Assembly (NCBI GenBank): GCA_045613785.1
Contig: JAZLBQ010000024.1
Coordinates: 49,572-113,571 of the forward strand
DNA from: Candidatus Enterousia sp.
GTDB lineage: Bacteria > Pseudomonadota > Alphaproteobacteria > Rs-D84
Reading direction: 5' to 3'
Length of the DNA stretch: 64,000 nucleotides
Made by a program: the position numbers and the translations under genes. A model generated the notes under the pieces. It saw only the letters and a list, made by a program, of their open reading frames with translations. It searched no databases and had not been told where the DNA came from. Within the stretch, counting starts at the first letter, position 1, and each line of letters begins with the position of its first letter. Of the stretch, positions 37,583-47,888 are shown one piece after another.

Positions 37583-38226
37583 TGAAACCGGCACAATATT
37601 TTGATGCAGTTATTCCGATCGTTGATATGACGATTCGGTCGGAACTGTATCATACAAATGAATTTAATTTTGCCGTGGCGGTTATTCTGTCTGCACAGGC
37701 AACCGATAAAAAGGTAAATGAGGTGACGCCTGAATTGTTTCGTGTGGCACCAACGCCTAAAAAGATGTTGGAGTTGGGGCTGGACGGTTTAAAAGAGCAT
37801 ATCAGGGTCATTTCATTCTTTAATAACAAAGCAAAGAATATTATTGCGTTGGCAGAACGGTTGGTTGCTGAAAATGTTGAAGATGTGTTCCCTGAAAAAT
37901 ATCACAATCGAGATAATTTGATGCAGTTGCCGGGCATTGGGCAAAAGACCGCAAATGTTGTTTGTAATGTTTTGTGGGGGGCACCTAACATTGGTGTGGA
38001 TACGCATGTTTTTCGCAATGCACATCGTTATGGGTGGGTTAGTGATGCAGATAATACACCAGAAAAAGTTGAACGTAGGTTGTTGGAATTTATCCCTAAA
38101 AAATATCACTCAATTGTAAACCATGTGATGGTTTTGCATGGGCGTTATGTATGCAAGGCTTTGCGGCCAGATTGTAAGAATTGTCCTGTTGCAAATATTT
38201 GTCCGTATAATAAAAAAGATAAATAA
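37582..38226 (+). CDS. nth: Endonuclease III
   Basis: LSAQATD, HhH LPGIGQKTA, VDTHV, C-x6-C-x2-C-x5-C motifs. Confidence 0.96.
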   Translation: MKPAQYFDAVIPIVDMTIRSELYHTNEFNFAVAVILSAQATDKKVNEVTPELFRVAPTPKKMLELGLDGLKEHIRVISFFNNKAKNIIALAERLVAENVEDVFPEKYHNRDNLMQLPGIGQKTANVVCNVLWGAPNIGVDTHVFRNAHRYGWVSDADNTPEKVERRLLEFIPKKYHSIVNHVMVLHGRYVCKALRPDCKNCPVANICPYNKKDK

Positions 38227-38251
38227 AAAGGTCGGAATTTTCCGACCTTTT
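38226..38251. terminator. Bidirectional terminator
   Basis: AAAAGGTCGGAA-tt-TTCCGACCTTTT. Confidence 0.8.
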
Positions 38252-38254
38252 CGT

Positions 38255-38788
38255 TTATTTTTGGTTTTGGCTTTTTGCAAATTCTGCCCATAATTTTTCA
38301 CGCAGGGCAATTTGGTATTTTAAATCACGGCGTGATTTATGATTTAAGTGTGATTCGTAATCTTGTTCGTATTCATCGAATATGTGTATCATTCCTGGGT
38401 ATATTTGAATAACAGGTTTGCCAGTGCTTTTGTCTAGATATTCAATGATTGTTGTTGCGATTTTTTCGCCGGTTATTTTTTTTATTAGTTCTTGCTGGGC
38501 AGCCATGTCAGTGGCACATGGGTTTGGAAAATCTTTGGCGGAAACCCAACCTGATTGTGTGTCCTGGCGGATGCCATTTAATTCAATAATTGCCAATGGG
38601 GTGTTCTTGCATAACGCAAACATTTCATAGGCAGTAAATGGATTAAACATAATTTTGTATGTGTTCTTTTTCTTTTTGCTGATGTGGTTTGCAGGAATAG
38701 TTTTTGCAACAGGGGCAACTTCGGCAGGAATAGCCTCGATAGGTTGTTGGTTAGTTTTTTTTGATTTAAAATATTCAAATATATTCAT
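38255..38788 (-). CDS. Hypothetical cytoplasmic protein
   Basis: AAGGA RBS; 177 aa; ends KSQNQK. Confidence 0.65.
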   Translation of the reverse strand: MNIFEYFKSKKTNQQPIEAIPAEVAPVAKTIPANHISKKKKNTYKIMFNPFTAYEMFALCKNTPLAIIELNGIRQDTQSGWVSAKDFPNPCATDMAAQQELIKKITGEKIATTIIEYLDKSTGKPVIQIYPGMIHIFDEYEQDYESHLNHKSRRDLKYQIALREKLWAEFAKSQNQK

Positions 38789-38910
38789 ATTTTATCCTTA
38801 TTTATCTTTTATGTTATATTTTTATTATAGGACGTATCTTTTGTTTGTCAAACTTTTGAGTAAAGAAAAGCACCTGAAATAGGTGCTGTTGTATTTTTAT
38901 AAAAGTCTTT

Positions 38911-40890
38911 TTATACGAACAAATCTTTGACGAATTGGGCGTGTTCAGTGATGAATTTAAAACGAAATTCAGGTTTTTTACCCATCAGTTCAGAAACAAT
39001 TGTTCGTGTTTTTTCTGTGTCTTCGGCACCTTCTTCGGTGCGTGGGGGCAGGTCAACACGTATTAAACGTCGTGTCTTGGGCGACATTGTTGTTTCTTTT
39101 AGTTGGTTGGGCATCATTTCACCAAGCCCTTTGAATCGAGATATTTCAACACGTTTGTTTTTATATTTTGTTGTTTTTAGTGTTTCTAGTTCTTCGTCAG
39201 AATCAACGTAAATCGATTCGGTGCCAGATGTCAATTTATACAATGGTGGACAGGATAAATACAGATGACCGCCATAAATCAACTGAGGCATGTGTTGATA
39301 GAAAAATGCCATCAGCAGTGATGCAATATGACTGCCGTCAACGTCAGCATCGGTCATGATGATGATTTTTTCATAACGTAATTTATCATCATTCCAATTG
39401 TTGGCAGTGCCAGCACCAATAATATCGACCAAGTCATTTAATTCTTTGTTCGCACCAAAGCGTTCATCAGAATTTGATATTACATTTAGCACCTTGCCAC
39501 GCAGGGGCATAATTGCCTGGGTTGCACGATCACGTGCCTGTTTTGCAGTTCCACCAGCCGATTCACCTTCGACGATAAACAGTTCTGTGCCAGCAATACC
39601 GTGCTTGGAACAGTCTGCCAATTTTGCAGGCATACGAATACGTTTGGTCGGGGTTTTGCGTGCGACATCTTTGACTTGTTTTGTCTTTATACGGGCATTC
39701 GCCAGGTTTATGACAAAATCAAGCAGTGCATTTGCTGTCTTTGGGTCGGACGCCAAAAACATTTCCCATGGATCACGCAGGGCGTTTTCTGTGAAACGAG
39801 CAACCTCTGGATTAGATAATTTTTCCTTGGTTTGACCCAAGAACTGTGGCGTTTTATAAAAGACAGAAACAATCGCAGCAACCGAATCGAATACGTCATC
39901 ACCAATAATTGTTGCAGCGGATTTATTGTTTACTTTTTCGCCGTATGCCTTTATCCCTTTGGTAATCGCAGATTTAAATCCTGTTTCGTGCGTTCCACCG
40001 TCAATCGTTGCAATCGTATTACAATAGGACGAGAAAAATCCGTCGTCAGATGCCGCACCATTTTCATCGGTTAAAAATGTCAATGCCCATTCTACACGGC
40101 CACTGTCGTCAGGAAAGTCAACGCTGCCACTGAATATGCGTGGTAAAATGCGTGGCTTGGAATCTGTCTTTTCGGCCAGGAAATCAGCAACGCCATTTGG
40201 ATAATAAAATGTGGTGTTGGCAGGGATATTCATATCCTCTGTTAGTAATTCCGGATTGCAGCGCCAATCGATTTTTACACCACGTGATAAAAACGCCTTG
40301 GCACGAGCCATACGATAAATCTTTATCGGTTTGAACACAGCAGATGTGCCAAAGATTTCGTCGTCAATTGTAAAGCGTATTTTTGTCCCGTGAGATTTTG
40401 TCGCTTCGCCACGGGTCATAGGAGATGTGGTCTGACCACGTGAAAATGTCTGGTGCCAGTTATATCCATCACGGGCAATGTCAACAATCATTTCTGATGA
40501 CAAAGCGTTCACAACCGCAGATCCAACCCCGTGCAGACCACCACTGGTTTTATATACGTTGTTATTAAATTTACCGCCAGAATGCAATGTGGTCAAAATT
40601 ACTTCTAGGGCAGATTTGCCAGGATATTTTGGATGCTCGTCCACGGGAATACCACGGCCGTCGTCCGCAATCTCAATAGTCTTGGAATCAATTAAATGCA
40701 CAGTTATTTTCTTGGCAAAGCCAGCAACCGCTTCGTCAATCGAATTGTCCATTATTTCAATCGGCAGGTGATGCCATGCTTTTTCATCTGTGCCACCAAT
40801 ATACATTCCAGGACGTAGACGAACGGGCTCAAGCCCTTCGAGAACCTGGATGTCGGATGCGTCGTATGTTTGTGTCTTTTTCTCTGTCAT
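38911..40890 (-). CDS. parE: DNA topoisomerase IV subunit B
   Basis: LEGLEPVRLRPGMYIG, DNSIDE, VEGESAGG, PLRGK, MTDADVDGSHI, RFKGLGEM motifs; 659 aa without the proteobacterial GyrB insertion. Confidence 0.9.
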   Translation of the reverse strand: MTEKKTQTYDASDIQVLEGLEPVRLRPGMYIGGTDEKAWHHLPIEIMDNSIDEAVAGFAKKITVHLIDSKTIEIADDGRGIPVDEHPKYPGKSALEVILTTLHSGGKFNNNVYKTSGGLHGVGSAVVNALSSEMIVDIARDGYNWHQTFSRGQTTSPMTRGEATKSHGTKIRFTIDDEIFGTSAVFKPIKIYRMARAKAFLSRGVKIDWRCNPELLTEDMNIPANTTFYYPNGVADFLAEKTDSKPRILPRIFSGSVDFPDDSGRVEWALTFLTDENGAASDDGFFSSYCNTIATIDGGTHETGFKSAITKGIKAYGEKVNNKSAATIIGDDVFDSVAAIVSVFYKTPQFLGQTKEKLSNPEVARFTENALRDPWEMFLASDPKTANALLDFVINLANARIKTKQVKDVARKTPTKRIRMPAKLADCSKHGIAGTELFIVEGESAGGTAKQARDRATQAIMPLRGKVLNVISNSDERFGANKELNDLVDIIGAGTANNWNDDKLRYEKIIIMTDADVDGSHIASLLMAFFYQHMPQLIYGGHLYLSCPPLYKLTSGTESIYVDSDEELETLKTTKYKNKRVEISRFKGLGEMMPNQLKETTMSPKTRRLIRVDLPPRTEEGAEDTEKTRTIVSELMGKKPEFRFKFITEHAQFVKDLFV

Positions 40891-40963
40891 AATGCTATTA
40901 TTATTAGAACATTTTTAAAATTTGTGCAAGCCTAAAGAATTTAAGCCTAAATTGCATTTTGGG

Positions 40964-40991
40964 GTTGAATTTCTTTCTGTCGGTCTTATAT
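40964..40991 (+). promoter_or_regulatory. Putative RpoH (sigma32) promoter of dnaJ
   Basis: GTTGAA-15 nt-CTTATAT resembles the alphaproteobacterial heat-shock consensus. Confidence 0.5.
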
Positions 40992-41030
40992 ATTTGGTAT
41001 CGTAATTTAATAAATATATGGAATCCAGAT

Positions 41031-42161
41031 ATGAATAAAAATCCTTATGAAGTGCTGGGGGTGGCACGTGATGCGTCAGATGCAGATATTAAAAAGGCGT
41101 ATCATAAATTGGTGATGAAGTATCATCCTGATAGAAATCCAGATAACAAAGACGCAGAAGAAAAATTTAAAGAAGTCAATAATGCCTTTGATATCTTGAA
41201 AGACCCACAGAAACGTGCGGCATATGACCGGTTTGGGGATGCTGCGTTTGCAAATGGTAATGGGGCAGGTGCTGGATTCGGCGGTGGCAATCCGTTTGGT
41301 AATGGTGGTTTCCACTTTAATATGGGTGGTGGTGCCGGTATGGAAGACATCCTGCGTGAAGCAATGAGAGGTTTTGGTTTTGGCGACTTTGGCGGTGGGC
41401 CACAACGTGGTGCACCACAGCGTGGTGGTCGTGATTTGCTGGACGAGGTTGTTATCGATTTAAAAGATGCTTATTTTGGAAAAACACATACTGTAAATTT
41501 TTCAAGCAATGTTCAGTGTGAAAAATGCCATGGAAACGGAACTGCAGATGGAAAGCAGGCTCCGCTGTGTTCAAGGTGTGGGGGCAGTGGCTTTATTCAA
41601 ACTCGTCAGGGGTTCTTTGCAATGGAGGCACCATGTCCAGAATGTAATGGGTTAGGACGCAAGATTTCAAAAAAGTGCAGTCAGTGTGATGGCAGTGGAA
41701 CAGAACACAAACAACGAACATTGGAAGTAAAAATACCTGCGGGTATTGAAGATGGTGCACGGTTGCGTTTGGCAGGACAAGGTGAAGCAGGTGCCAATGG
41801 TGGACCAGCAGGGGATTTTTATTTAGATGTCAGAATTCGTCCAGACAAGCGGTTTGAACGCCGTGGAAATGATTTGATTATGCGTGTTGATGTGCCGTTT
41901 ACAACGTTGGCCTTGGGTGGTGAAATTGAAGTCCAAACAATTGATGATAAAAAGTTGTCGGTCAAGGTGCCCGGTGGAACGCAGGTTGGTGAAAAGCTGC
42001 GTGTTCGTGGGCATGGTATGCCATCTGTTCGCAGGGCAGGTAGTTTTGGAGATTTGTATATAGAAGTGGCGATTAAAATCCCAACAAAACTGTCTGATAA
42101 ACAAAAGAAATTATTAAATGAATTTGCAGAAACCAAGACAGAGAAAAAAGGTTGGTTTTAG
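41031..42161 (+). CDS. dnaJ: Chaperone DnaJ
   Basis: HPD J domain, G/F region, four CxxCxGxG repeats. Confidence 0.97.
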   Translation: MNKNPYEVLGVARDASDADIKKAYHKLVMKYHPDRNPDNKDAEEKFKEVNNAFDILKDPQKRAAYDRFGDAAFANGNGAGAGFGGGNPFGNGGFHFNMGGGAGMEDILREAMRGFGFGDFGGGPQRGAPQRGGRDLLDEVVIDLKDAYFGKTHTVNFSSNVQCEKCHGNGTADGKQAPLCSRCGGSGFIQTRQGFFAMEAPCPECNGLGRKISKKCSQCDGSGTEHKQRTLEVKIPAGIEDGARLRLAGQGEAGANGGPAGDFYLDVRIRPDKRFERRGNDLIMRVDVPFTTLALGGEIEVQTIDDKKLSVKVPGGTQVGEKLRVRGHGMPSVRRAGSFGDLYIEVAIKIPTKLSDKQKKLLNEFAETKTEKKGWF

Positions 42162-42235
42162 GTAAGTAAATAATTTGATTGTGAAAAAATAAAAACCGGC
42201 AATTGTGCCGGTTTTTATGCGTATAGCACGTTTTT

Positions 42236-42835
42236 TTATTTTATTTTTTTCATGTGGCCGATAAATGTTTGTGTGTATTGTGTTGCAGACCAAACAGATG
42301 CAACCAATGACAGCCACAAGCCCCAGATTCCAATGTATGGTAAAATGGTGATTGCCCACATTATAAAGCTGCTGTCGCTGCTTGGAGTTATCATTGTGCC
42401 GATAACAAATATCAACAGAAATGCAGCAATCGAAATCATTTGAAGTGTGGTTTTAATTTTGCCCATTGAGAAACGTGCTTTTGGAACAGGCATTTCAATT
42501 TTCTGAGTGCCTAAAAATTCACGAAGGCCAGAGATGTAAAGTTCACGTGCAATCATTATAATTACAGGAACAACAACAAACCATACTGGCATCATAACTG
42601 TCAACATAATCAATGTGTTTACGACTAACAGTTTGTCGCCAATGTGATCCATGACGCCGCCTATTTTAGAGCAGACGTTATATTTGCGTGCCAAGTAGCC
42701 ATCAAACCAATCTGATAATGCAGCCAGCATAAACAAAATAAAAGTTGTCCAATACATTTGGAACATCAAGGTTGGTATTATTGCAAATGATGCAGCAATA
42801 CGAAATGCAGATAAAAAGTTTACAAAAAATTTCAT
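42236..42835 (-). CDS. pgsA: CDP-diacylglycerol--glycerol-3-phosphate phosphatidyltransferase
   Basis: DWFDGYLAR...G..MD..GDK, ARE..ISGLR and GKIKT motifs. Confidence 0.93.
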   Translation of the reverse strand: MKFFVNFLSAFRIAASFAIIPTLMFQMYWTTFILFMLAALSDWFDGYLARKYNVCSKIGGVMDHIGDKLLVVNTLIMLTVMMPVWFVVVPVIIMIARELYISGLREFLGTQKIEMPVPKARFSMGKIKTTLQMISIAAFLLIFVIGTMITPSSDSSFIMWAITILPYIGIWGLWLSLVASVWSATQYTQTFIGHMKKIK

Positions 42836-42875
42836 ATACGTCTCCTTTATTTATAATTATATATGAATGGTCTTA

Positions 42876-44303
42876 TTATATCATTTCCGAGTGGAAATGG
42901 GCATATATTTTTTTTGCAGCACTTATTCCTAAGCCTGGGACATGTTGCAAGGCGTTTAGGTCTGCGTCCATTATTGCACGGACAGACCCAAAGTGTTGCA
43001 ATAATGCACGTTTGCGAGTTGGCCCAACCCCGTCAATTTCGTCCAGAACAGATGCGGTTAGTTGCTTGGCACGGACATTGCGATGGTATGTAATTACAAA
43101 ACGGTGGGCTTCGTCACGGACAGTGCGTAGCATTAAAAATAATGGTGAGTCTTTGGGCAGGGTGTCAAGAATGCTGCCGTCTGGTAGAATAAAATGTTCG
43201 TCGCCATTTCGAACCTGACCCTTGGTGACGCCCAGGACTGGAATGCCACCAGAGTTGCGATTCGCAATGTTCCATTGTGCGATTCCACCGTCAACGATAA
43301 TTAAATCAAGTTTTGGACCACGTTCAACGGCACGTTTGATAAATTCTGACATCATTGCAATGTCGTTTCCTGCACGTGATTTGTCTTGCAATTTAAAGTG
43401 GCGATATCCTGCTTTTTCAAAGCCCGTGTGTCCAAAAGTTATCATTGCACCAACGGATTGTTTGCCGAACAGGTGCGAGTTATCAAATACCCCAACAAGA
43501 TTTAATTTTAGGTTTAATAGGTTTTCAAGTTCTGAAACATTTTTGTCCCAGTCAAGATTTGATGTATGCGTTGGTTTCTGGCGTATGCCACGATTTGATG
43601 TGTGTGTAAGTGCGGCAATTTTATCACGGACAATTGCAGCAGATTCATAATCCATATTTTCAGAAAATGTTTTCATTTGTTCTGTTAAATCTGCAATTAT
43701 TGGTGTGCTGTCGCCGGTTAAAATTTTTCGTGCTATACGCACGTTTTCTGCGTATTTTTGTTTGTCAGGAAAACAACATGGTGCACTGCAACGACCAATT
43801 TGGTGCAACAGACATGGACGTGTGCGGTTTCGCATTTGGATGTCTGTGCAGGTGCGAATCTGACAAACACGTTGTATCGTTTTTATCGTTTCGTTTAATG
43901 CGGAAACGGACGGGTATGGTCCGTAGACATCACGACGTTGTGAAATTTTGCCACGAAATTTTAACAGACGTGGAAAGTCCCCAGATGTCAATGCCAACAT
44001 TGGATACATTTTTCCGTCCGTTAGCATAATGTTATATTTGGGCTTTTGTGTTTTTATTAGTTCTTGTTCACGAAGTAGGGCGTCCGATTCTGTCTGGACG
44101 GTTTCCCAATCAACACGGCAAACCAATGAACGTATAACTTGTTTGTGTAATTCAAGTCTTGATATGTCCTGGTATTGACGAAGCCGATTGTTTAGGTTCT
44201 TGGCCTTGCCGACATACAGCAGGTTATCTTCGCAATCGAACATCAAATACACGCCTGGGGCGTGTGGTGCGTTTGCGATTAAATCTGAAAATTGAATATT
44301 CAT
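42876..44303 (-). CDS. uvrC: Excinuclease ABC subunit C (compact)
   Basis: PGVYLM..YVGKAKNL GIY-YIG domain, UVR E.AA..RD, FDNSH, IVDGG, RDEAHRF, HhH motifs. Confidence 0.95.
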   Translation of the reverse strand: MNIQFSDLIANAPHAPGVYLMFDCEDNLLYVGKAKNLNNRLRQYQDISRLELHKQVIRSLVCRVDWETVQTESDALLREQELIKTQKPKYNIMLTDGKMYPMLALTSGDFPRLLKFRGKISQRRDVYGPYPSVSALNETIKTIQRVCQIRTCTDIQMRNRTRPCLLHQIGRCSAPCCFPDKQKYAENVRIARKILTGDSTPIIADLTEQMKTFSENMDYESAAIVRDKIAALTHTSNRGIRQKPTHTSNLDWDKNVSELENLLNLKLNLVGVFDNSHLFGKQSVGAMITFGHTGFEKAGYRHFKLQDKSRAGNDIAMMSEFIKRAVERGPKLDLIIVDGGIAQWNIANRNSGGIPVLGVTKGQVRNGDEHFILPDGSILDTLPKDSPLFLMLRTVRDEAHRFVITYHRNVRAKQLTASVLDEIDGVGPTRKRALLQHFGSVRAIMDADLNALQHVPGLGISAAKKIYAHFHSEMI

Positions 44304-44354
44304 AATCTTTATGATAAAATAATATTTATAGAATAGCAAATAAGAGGTTTTTCA

Positions 44355-44819
44355 ATGAATCAAGAATCTGGACGTTCGATGATTGAGATGTTGGGTGTGT
44401 TGGCAATTATGGGAATCATTACCGTAGGAGCTATCGGTATGATTTCAACTGCAATGCGAACACAGAAGTTGACCGAAGTAAATGATGAAGTTATCCAAAT
44501 GGTAACTATGGTTCGCAATATTCACGGCGAATATGATGATTTTTCGAATATGAACGGTCAGACAATTTTTGGTGCAATTGGTATGAGTAATAAAAATCCA
44601 TACGGTGGTTCTTATGAGTTGTCAGTCAATCAATCTAATCCTCGGCAATTTGTTGTCACGATAAATGGATTGGGACAGGCCGAGTGCGAATCACTGGTTG
44701 CCAAGGCCTGGTCCGATTCGATTGGGTATCAGAGCTCTGGTGGTAAAGAAGGCGGTGCAACAGGAAGTTGTAAGGGGCAAAATGGAACAAATTATGTTCA
44801 GATTGTGTATGGTGAATAA
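44355..44819 (+). CDS. Type IV pilin (PilS-like C-terminus)
   Basis: QESG|RSMIEMLGVLAIMGII prepilin motif with E+5; NPYGG; two C-terminal Cys. Confidence 0.8.
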   Translation: MNQESGRSMIEMLGVLAIMGIITVGAIGMISTAMRTQKLTEVNDEVIQMVTMVRNIHGEYDDFSNMNGQTIFGAIGMSNKNPYGGSYELSVNQSNPRQFVVTINGLGQAECESLVAKAWSDSIGYQSSGGKEGGATGSCKGQNGTNYVQIVYGE

Positions 44820-45793
44820 TGGCTGATTTTATTGAAGTTTCCAAGGTAGAAGATGGAACACGGCTGTTGCGGTGGTTCTTGCGGCATTTCCCAGCAATGC
44901 CACAGCGTGAGTTTTATGAACTTTGTCGTGGTGGACAGATTAGGGTAAATTCAAAACGTGTTCGTGGAACAGAAATTTTGAAAACTGGTGATGCAGTGCG
45001 AATTCCTCCTACTGTCGCTGGATATGCACAGGAAAAACCCAAAAAAACAGAAAGTGGTATTGTGTTCTCGTTGGGGGATTTGGAATCGTTGCGTAAATGT
45101 ATTATTCACAATGATGAAGATATTGTTGTGTTTAACAAGCCTGCTGGATTGGCTGTGCAGGGCGGAACAGGAATACGAAAGTCAATCGATAAAATGGCGG
45201 CGGCTTTGTTCCCATACGACAAGATTGCTTTGGTTCATCGTTTGGACAAGGAAACAAGTGGTTTGTTGGTTGTGGCAAAAAATCAACGGGCTGCACAGAA
45301 CTTGTCAAATCAGTTTCAGAATAAAACAGCACACAAGGAATATTTGGCCTTGTTAAAAGGTGATGTCAATCCAAAGAAGGGGTTGATTGATAACTATGTG
45401 TTGAAGGGGCAGGTCTTTGATAATCCTGCACGTTTGAATAATGGTACGGGGCCACGACCACAACGGGCAATAACAGAGTATTCTGTGTTGTCGTGTGCGG
45501 CAGGGTGTGTTTCGTGGGTGCGTTTCTCGCCAAAAACAGGCCGAACCCATCAATTAAGATTACATAGTGCATACTCGCTGGGGGCACCAATCGTTGGTGA
45601 TGCGTTGTATGGTGGACGACAGAACCTGGACGACGGTGCGTTAGGACTGATGCTGGAAACAAATAACTTGTTTTTATTTGCGTATAAGCTAACATTTCAG
45701 CACCCGTCGACTGGGCGTATGATGACGCTGCGGGCAGAAGTGCCAGGATTTATGCAGCCTGTGATGCGGTTTTTAGAATTTCAATTGCCATGA
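44819..45793 (+). CDS. RluA-family pseudouridine synthase (RluC-like)
   Basis: N-terminal S4 domain, NKPAGL, HRLDKETSG, GRTHQLR, IVGD..YG motifs. Confidence 0.93.
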   Translation: MADFIEVSKVEDGTRLLRWFLRHFPAMPQREFYELCRGGQIRVNSKRVRGTEILKTGDAVRIPPTVAGYAQEKPKKTESGIVFSLGDLESLRKCIIHNDEDIVVFNKPAGLAVQGGTGIRKSIDKMAAALFPYDKIALVHRLDKETSGLLVVAKNQRAAQNLSNQFQNKTAHKEYLALLKGDVNPKKGLIDNYVLKGQVFDNPARLNNGTGPRPQRAITEYSVLSCAAGCVSWVRFSPKTGRTHQLRLHSAYSLGAPIVGDALYGGRQNLDDGALGLMLETNNLFLFAYKLTFQHPSTGRMMTLRAEVPGFMQPVMRFLEFQLP

Positions 45794-47865
45794 AAAAAAT
45801 AAGAAAAAGTATCTTTTTTTCAATTATGCGAATTTTGGGCCTGTGTCTTGTCGGTATGGTCGTGGCTATTGTTGTTGCACTGCGGCAGGTCAATCTGGAA
45901 ACTTTGCGTGGAAATTTGTTGACTTTGTTGCGTGATGCAACAGATATGCCAATCGAAATCGATGGTGCTGTGTCGTGGAAGTTGTCGCTGCGGCCACATG
46001 TGGAATTAAACAAAGTTAGAATCGCAAACCAAAGTTGGGCAAAAAATAAAGATGCTTTTAGTGCAGAAAAAATTGATGTCCGCTTAAATCTAATCTCGTT
46101 GTTTCGTAATCGGCCAACTGTTCAAAATGTCAAGGTTTATGACGCAAGGTTAAATATTGAAAAAAATTCAGATGGACAATACTCTATACAGCGGATTTCA
46201 AGGGCTGTGACAGAACAAGAACAAACTGGAAAATCAGTTGAACCTGAAAAGTATCCTTTTAAAGATGCAGGGCTTGGTGGGTTCGAAATCAAGAATTTAA
46301 AGGCGGATATTTTTGGGCAGAAATATTCGTTGTCAGGTTTCCATATTCGTTTGATGCCGATGGCAAAAGGCAGAGAATATTCTGGCTGGATTAAGGTTGA
46401 TACAGATGTTTCGCCTTTTATTATCAATTTTAGTGAGTATAATGCTCAACGTAAGGTTTATCCTGTAAGAATTGCAATGTCAACAGGGGGGCAGGCGTTG
46501 ATTGCAAACGTCGCATTAGAAGGAAAAAGTAAAGCACCAATTGATTTTGTTATAAAGGGAGATTTGCCAAAACCTGAAAATGTTGGACGTTTTTTTGGTG
46601 TCGATTTGTCTTGGTTGCCATCTGTGAATTTGGACTTGGCTGGTGGGTTTGATTGGAAAAAAATAACTTTGCGTCGTTCTAAGATTTTTGTCAATGGAAC
46701 AAAATTTGTTTTGTCGGGGGACTATGATTGGTCAAAAAAAGGAACTGTTTTTAATTTAAATATCTCGTCGGCACATCTAAAATTGGCGGATTTAATCCCG
46801 GGGTTGTATGGGGCAGAACATGAAAAGCCGAATCGCAAATTAAATGTATTTAAGAATATTCCTTTGTTTGGTGAATATATGTTGAACAGAGATGTGAATT
46901 TGAAGGTAAATATAGATAATTTTATTGTTTACAAGGATTTGAATCTGGGAAAATTAGCTTTGACGGCAAATGTGAAAGATAATCATTTGCGTATGGATAT
47001 AGGAACTAAAATTGCTGATGGAAATGTTGATGTTGGAATCGAGGCTGATGTTGATGGCTCTGGACATTTGTGGGGACATGCGGCAGCAAAAGGTAAGGAT
47101 ATTTTTGTTGGGGAACTTTTAAAGGAAATTCACCAGTCTGAATTTATTTCAGAATTGCCAGTAAATCTTGAATTCTATGTTCAGGCAAATGGAAAAAATC
47201 TGTCAGAGGTTATGCAGACAATAACTGGTCCTGTTCAGGTTTATTCTGTTGCACCAGGATATGCTCATTCTTCTTTGGTTTCTTATATTTATGGAACGGA
47301 TTTTCTAACTACTTTGCGACATGGTATTCAGGATTTGTTTAGTTCAGAAAAAAAATATAATCAGATGAAAATATCCTGTGTCGCAGTAAATGTGAAGTTG
47401 CGTGATGGATTGGTTGAGACACAAAATGGTGTCGCAATTGAAACTAATGCCATAAATTTGCGTTTGGCAGGTAGTTTGGATCTGGGTAAGGAAGATATGC
47501 ATTTGTCTTTGACCACAGTGCCTGTTCGGGGCTTGAAGTTATCTTTGACAGGAAATGTCGTAAATTCTATCGAATTGACAGGTAATTTGGCAGAACCAGA
47601 TATTCAAATAAGTGGTGCTGCTGTTGCCGGTAAGGTTGCATCTGCAACAGGAATTGGTTTGTTGCTGGCACCGTTTACTGGTGGTATTGGTTTGGTCGCA
47701 GGAACAGGCGTTGGTTTGATTGCAGGGGATTTGTTGGAAAACTGGTTGGCAGATAGTGAACCATGTGAAACAGCAATGAAGCGTGGTGCACCGCTGTATC
47801 GTGATGACCCAGAATGGATGGGCAGACCTGTGTCCGAACTACTTAGTGTGGTCTTGAAAAATTAA
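45790..47865 (+). CDS. AsmA-family protein
   Basis: N-terminal TM; I-x-G-x-x-x-W-x-L-x-L-x-P...L..V.I.N; beta-rich; C-terminal GSLDL...I.G.L..P. Confidence 0.8.
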   Translation: MKKIRKSIFFSIMRILGLCLVGMVVAIVVALRQVNLETLRGNLLTLLRDATDMPIEIDGAVSWKLSLRPHVELNKVRIANQSWAKNKDAFSAEKIDVRLNLISLFRNRPTVQNVKVYDARLNIEKNSDGQYSIQRISRAVTEQEQTGKSVEPEKYPFKDAGLGGFEIKNLKADIFGQKYSLSGFHIRLMPMAKGREYSGWIKVDTDVSPFIINFSEYNAQRKVYPVRIAMSTGGQALIANVALEGKSKAPIDFVIKGDLPKPENVGRFFGVDLSWLPSVNLDLAGGFDWKKITLRRSKIFVNGTKFVLSGDYDWSKKGTVFNLNISSAHLKLADLIPGLYGAEHEKPNRKLNVFKNIPLFGEYMLNRDVNLKVNIDNFIVYKDLNLGKLALTANVKDNHLRMDIGTKIADGNVDVGIEADVDGSGHLWGHAAAKGKDIFVGELLKEIHQSEFISELPVNLEFYVQANGKNLSEVMQTITGPVQVYSVAPGYAHSSLVSYIYGTDFLTTLRHGIQDLFSSEKKYNQMKISCVAVNVKLRDGLVETQNGVAIETNAINLRLAGSLDLGKEDMHLSLTTVPVRGLKLSLTGNVVNSIELTGNLAEPDIQISGAAVAGKVASATGIGLLLAPFTGGIGLVAGTGVGLIAGDLLENWLADSEPCETAMKRGAPLYRDDPEWMGRPVSELLSVVLKN

Positions 47866-47888
47866 ACAAAATAGAAAAGGGGAAGAAA

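Noticed and set aside
38911-40890. gyrB call
   Set aside because: Length and N-terminal motif fit alphaproteobacterial ParE; the GyrB insertion is absent
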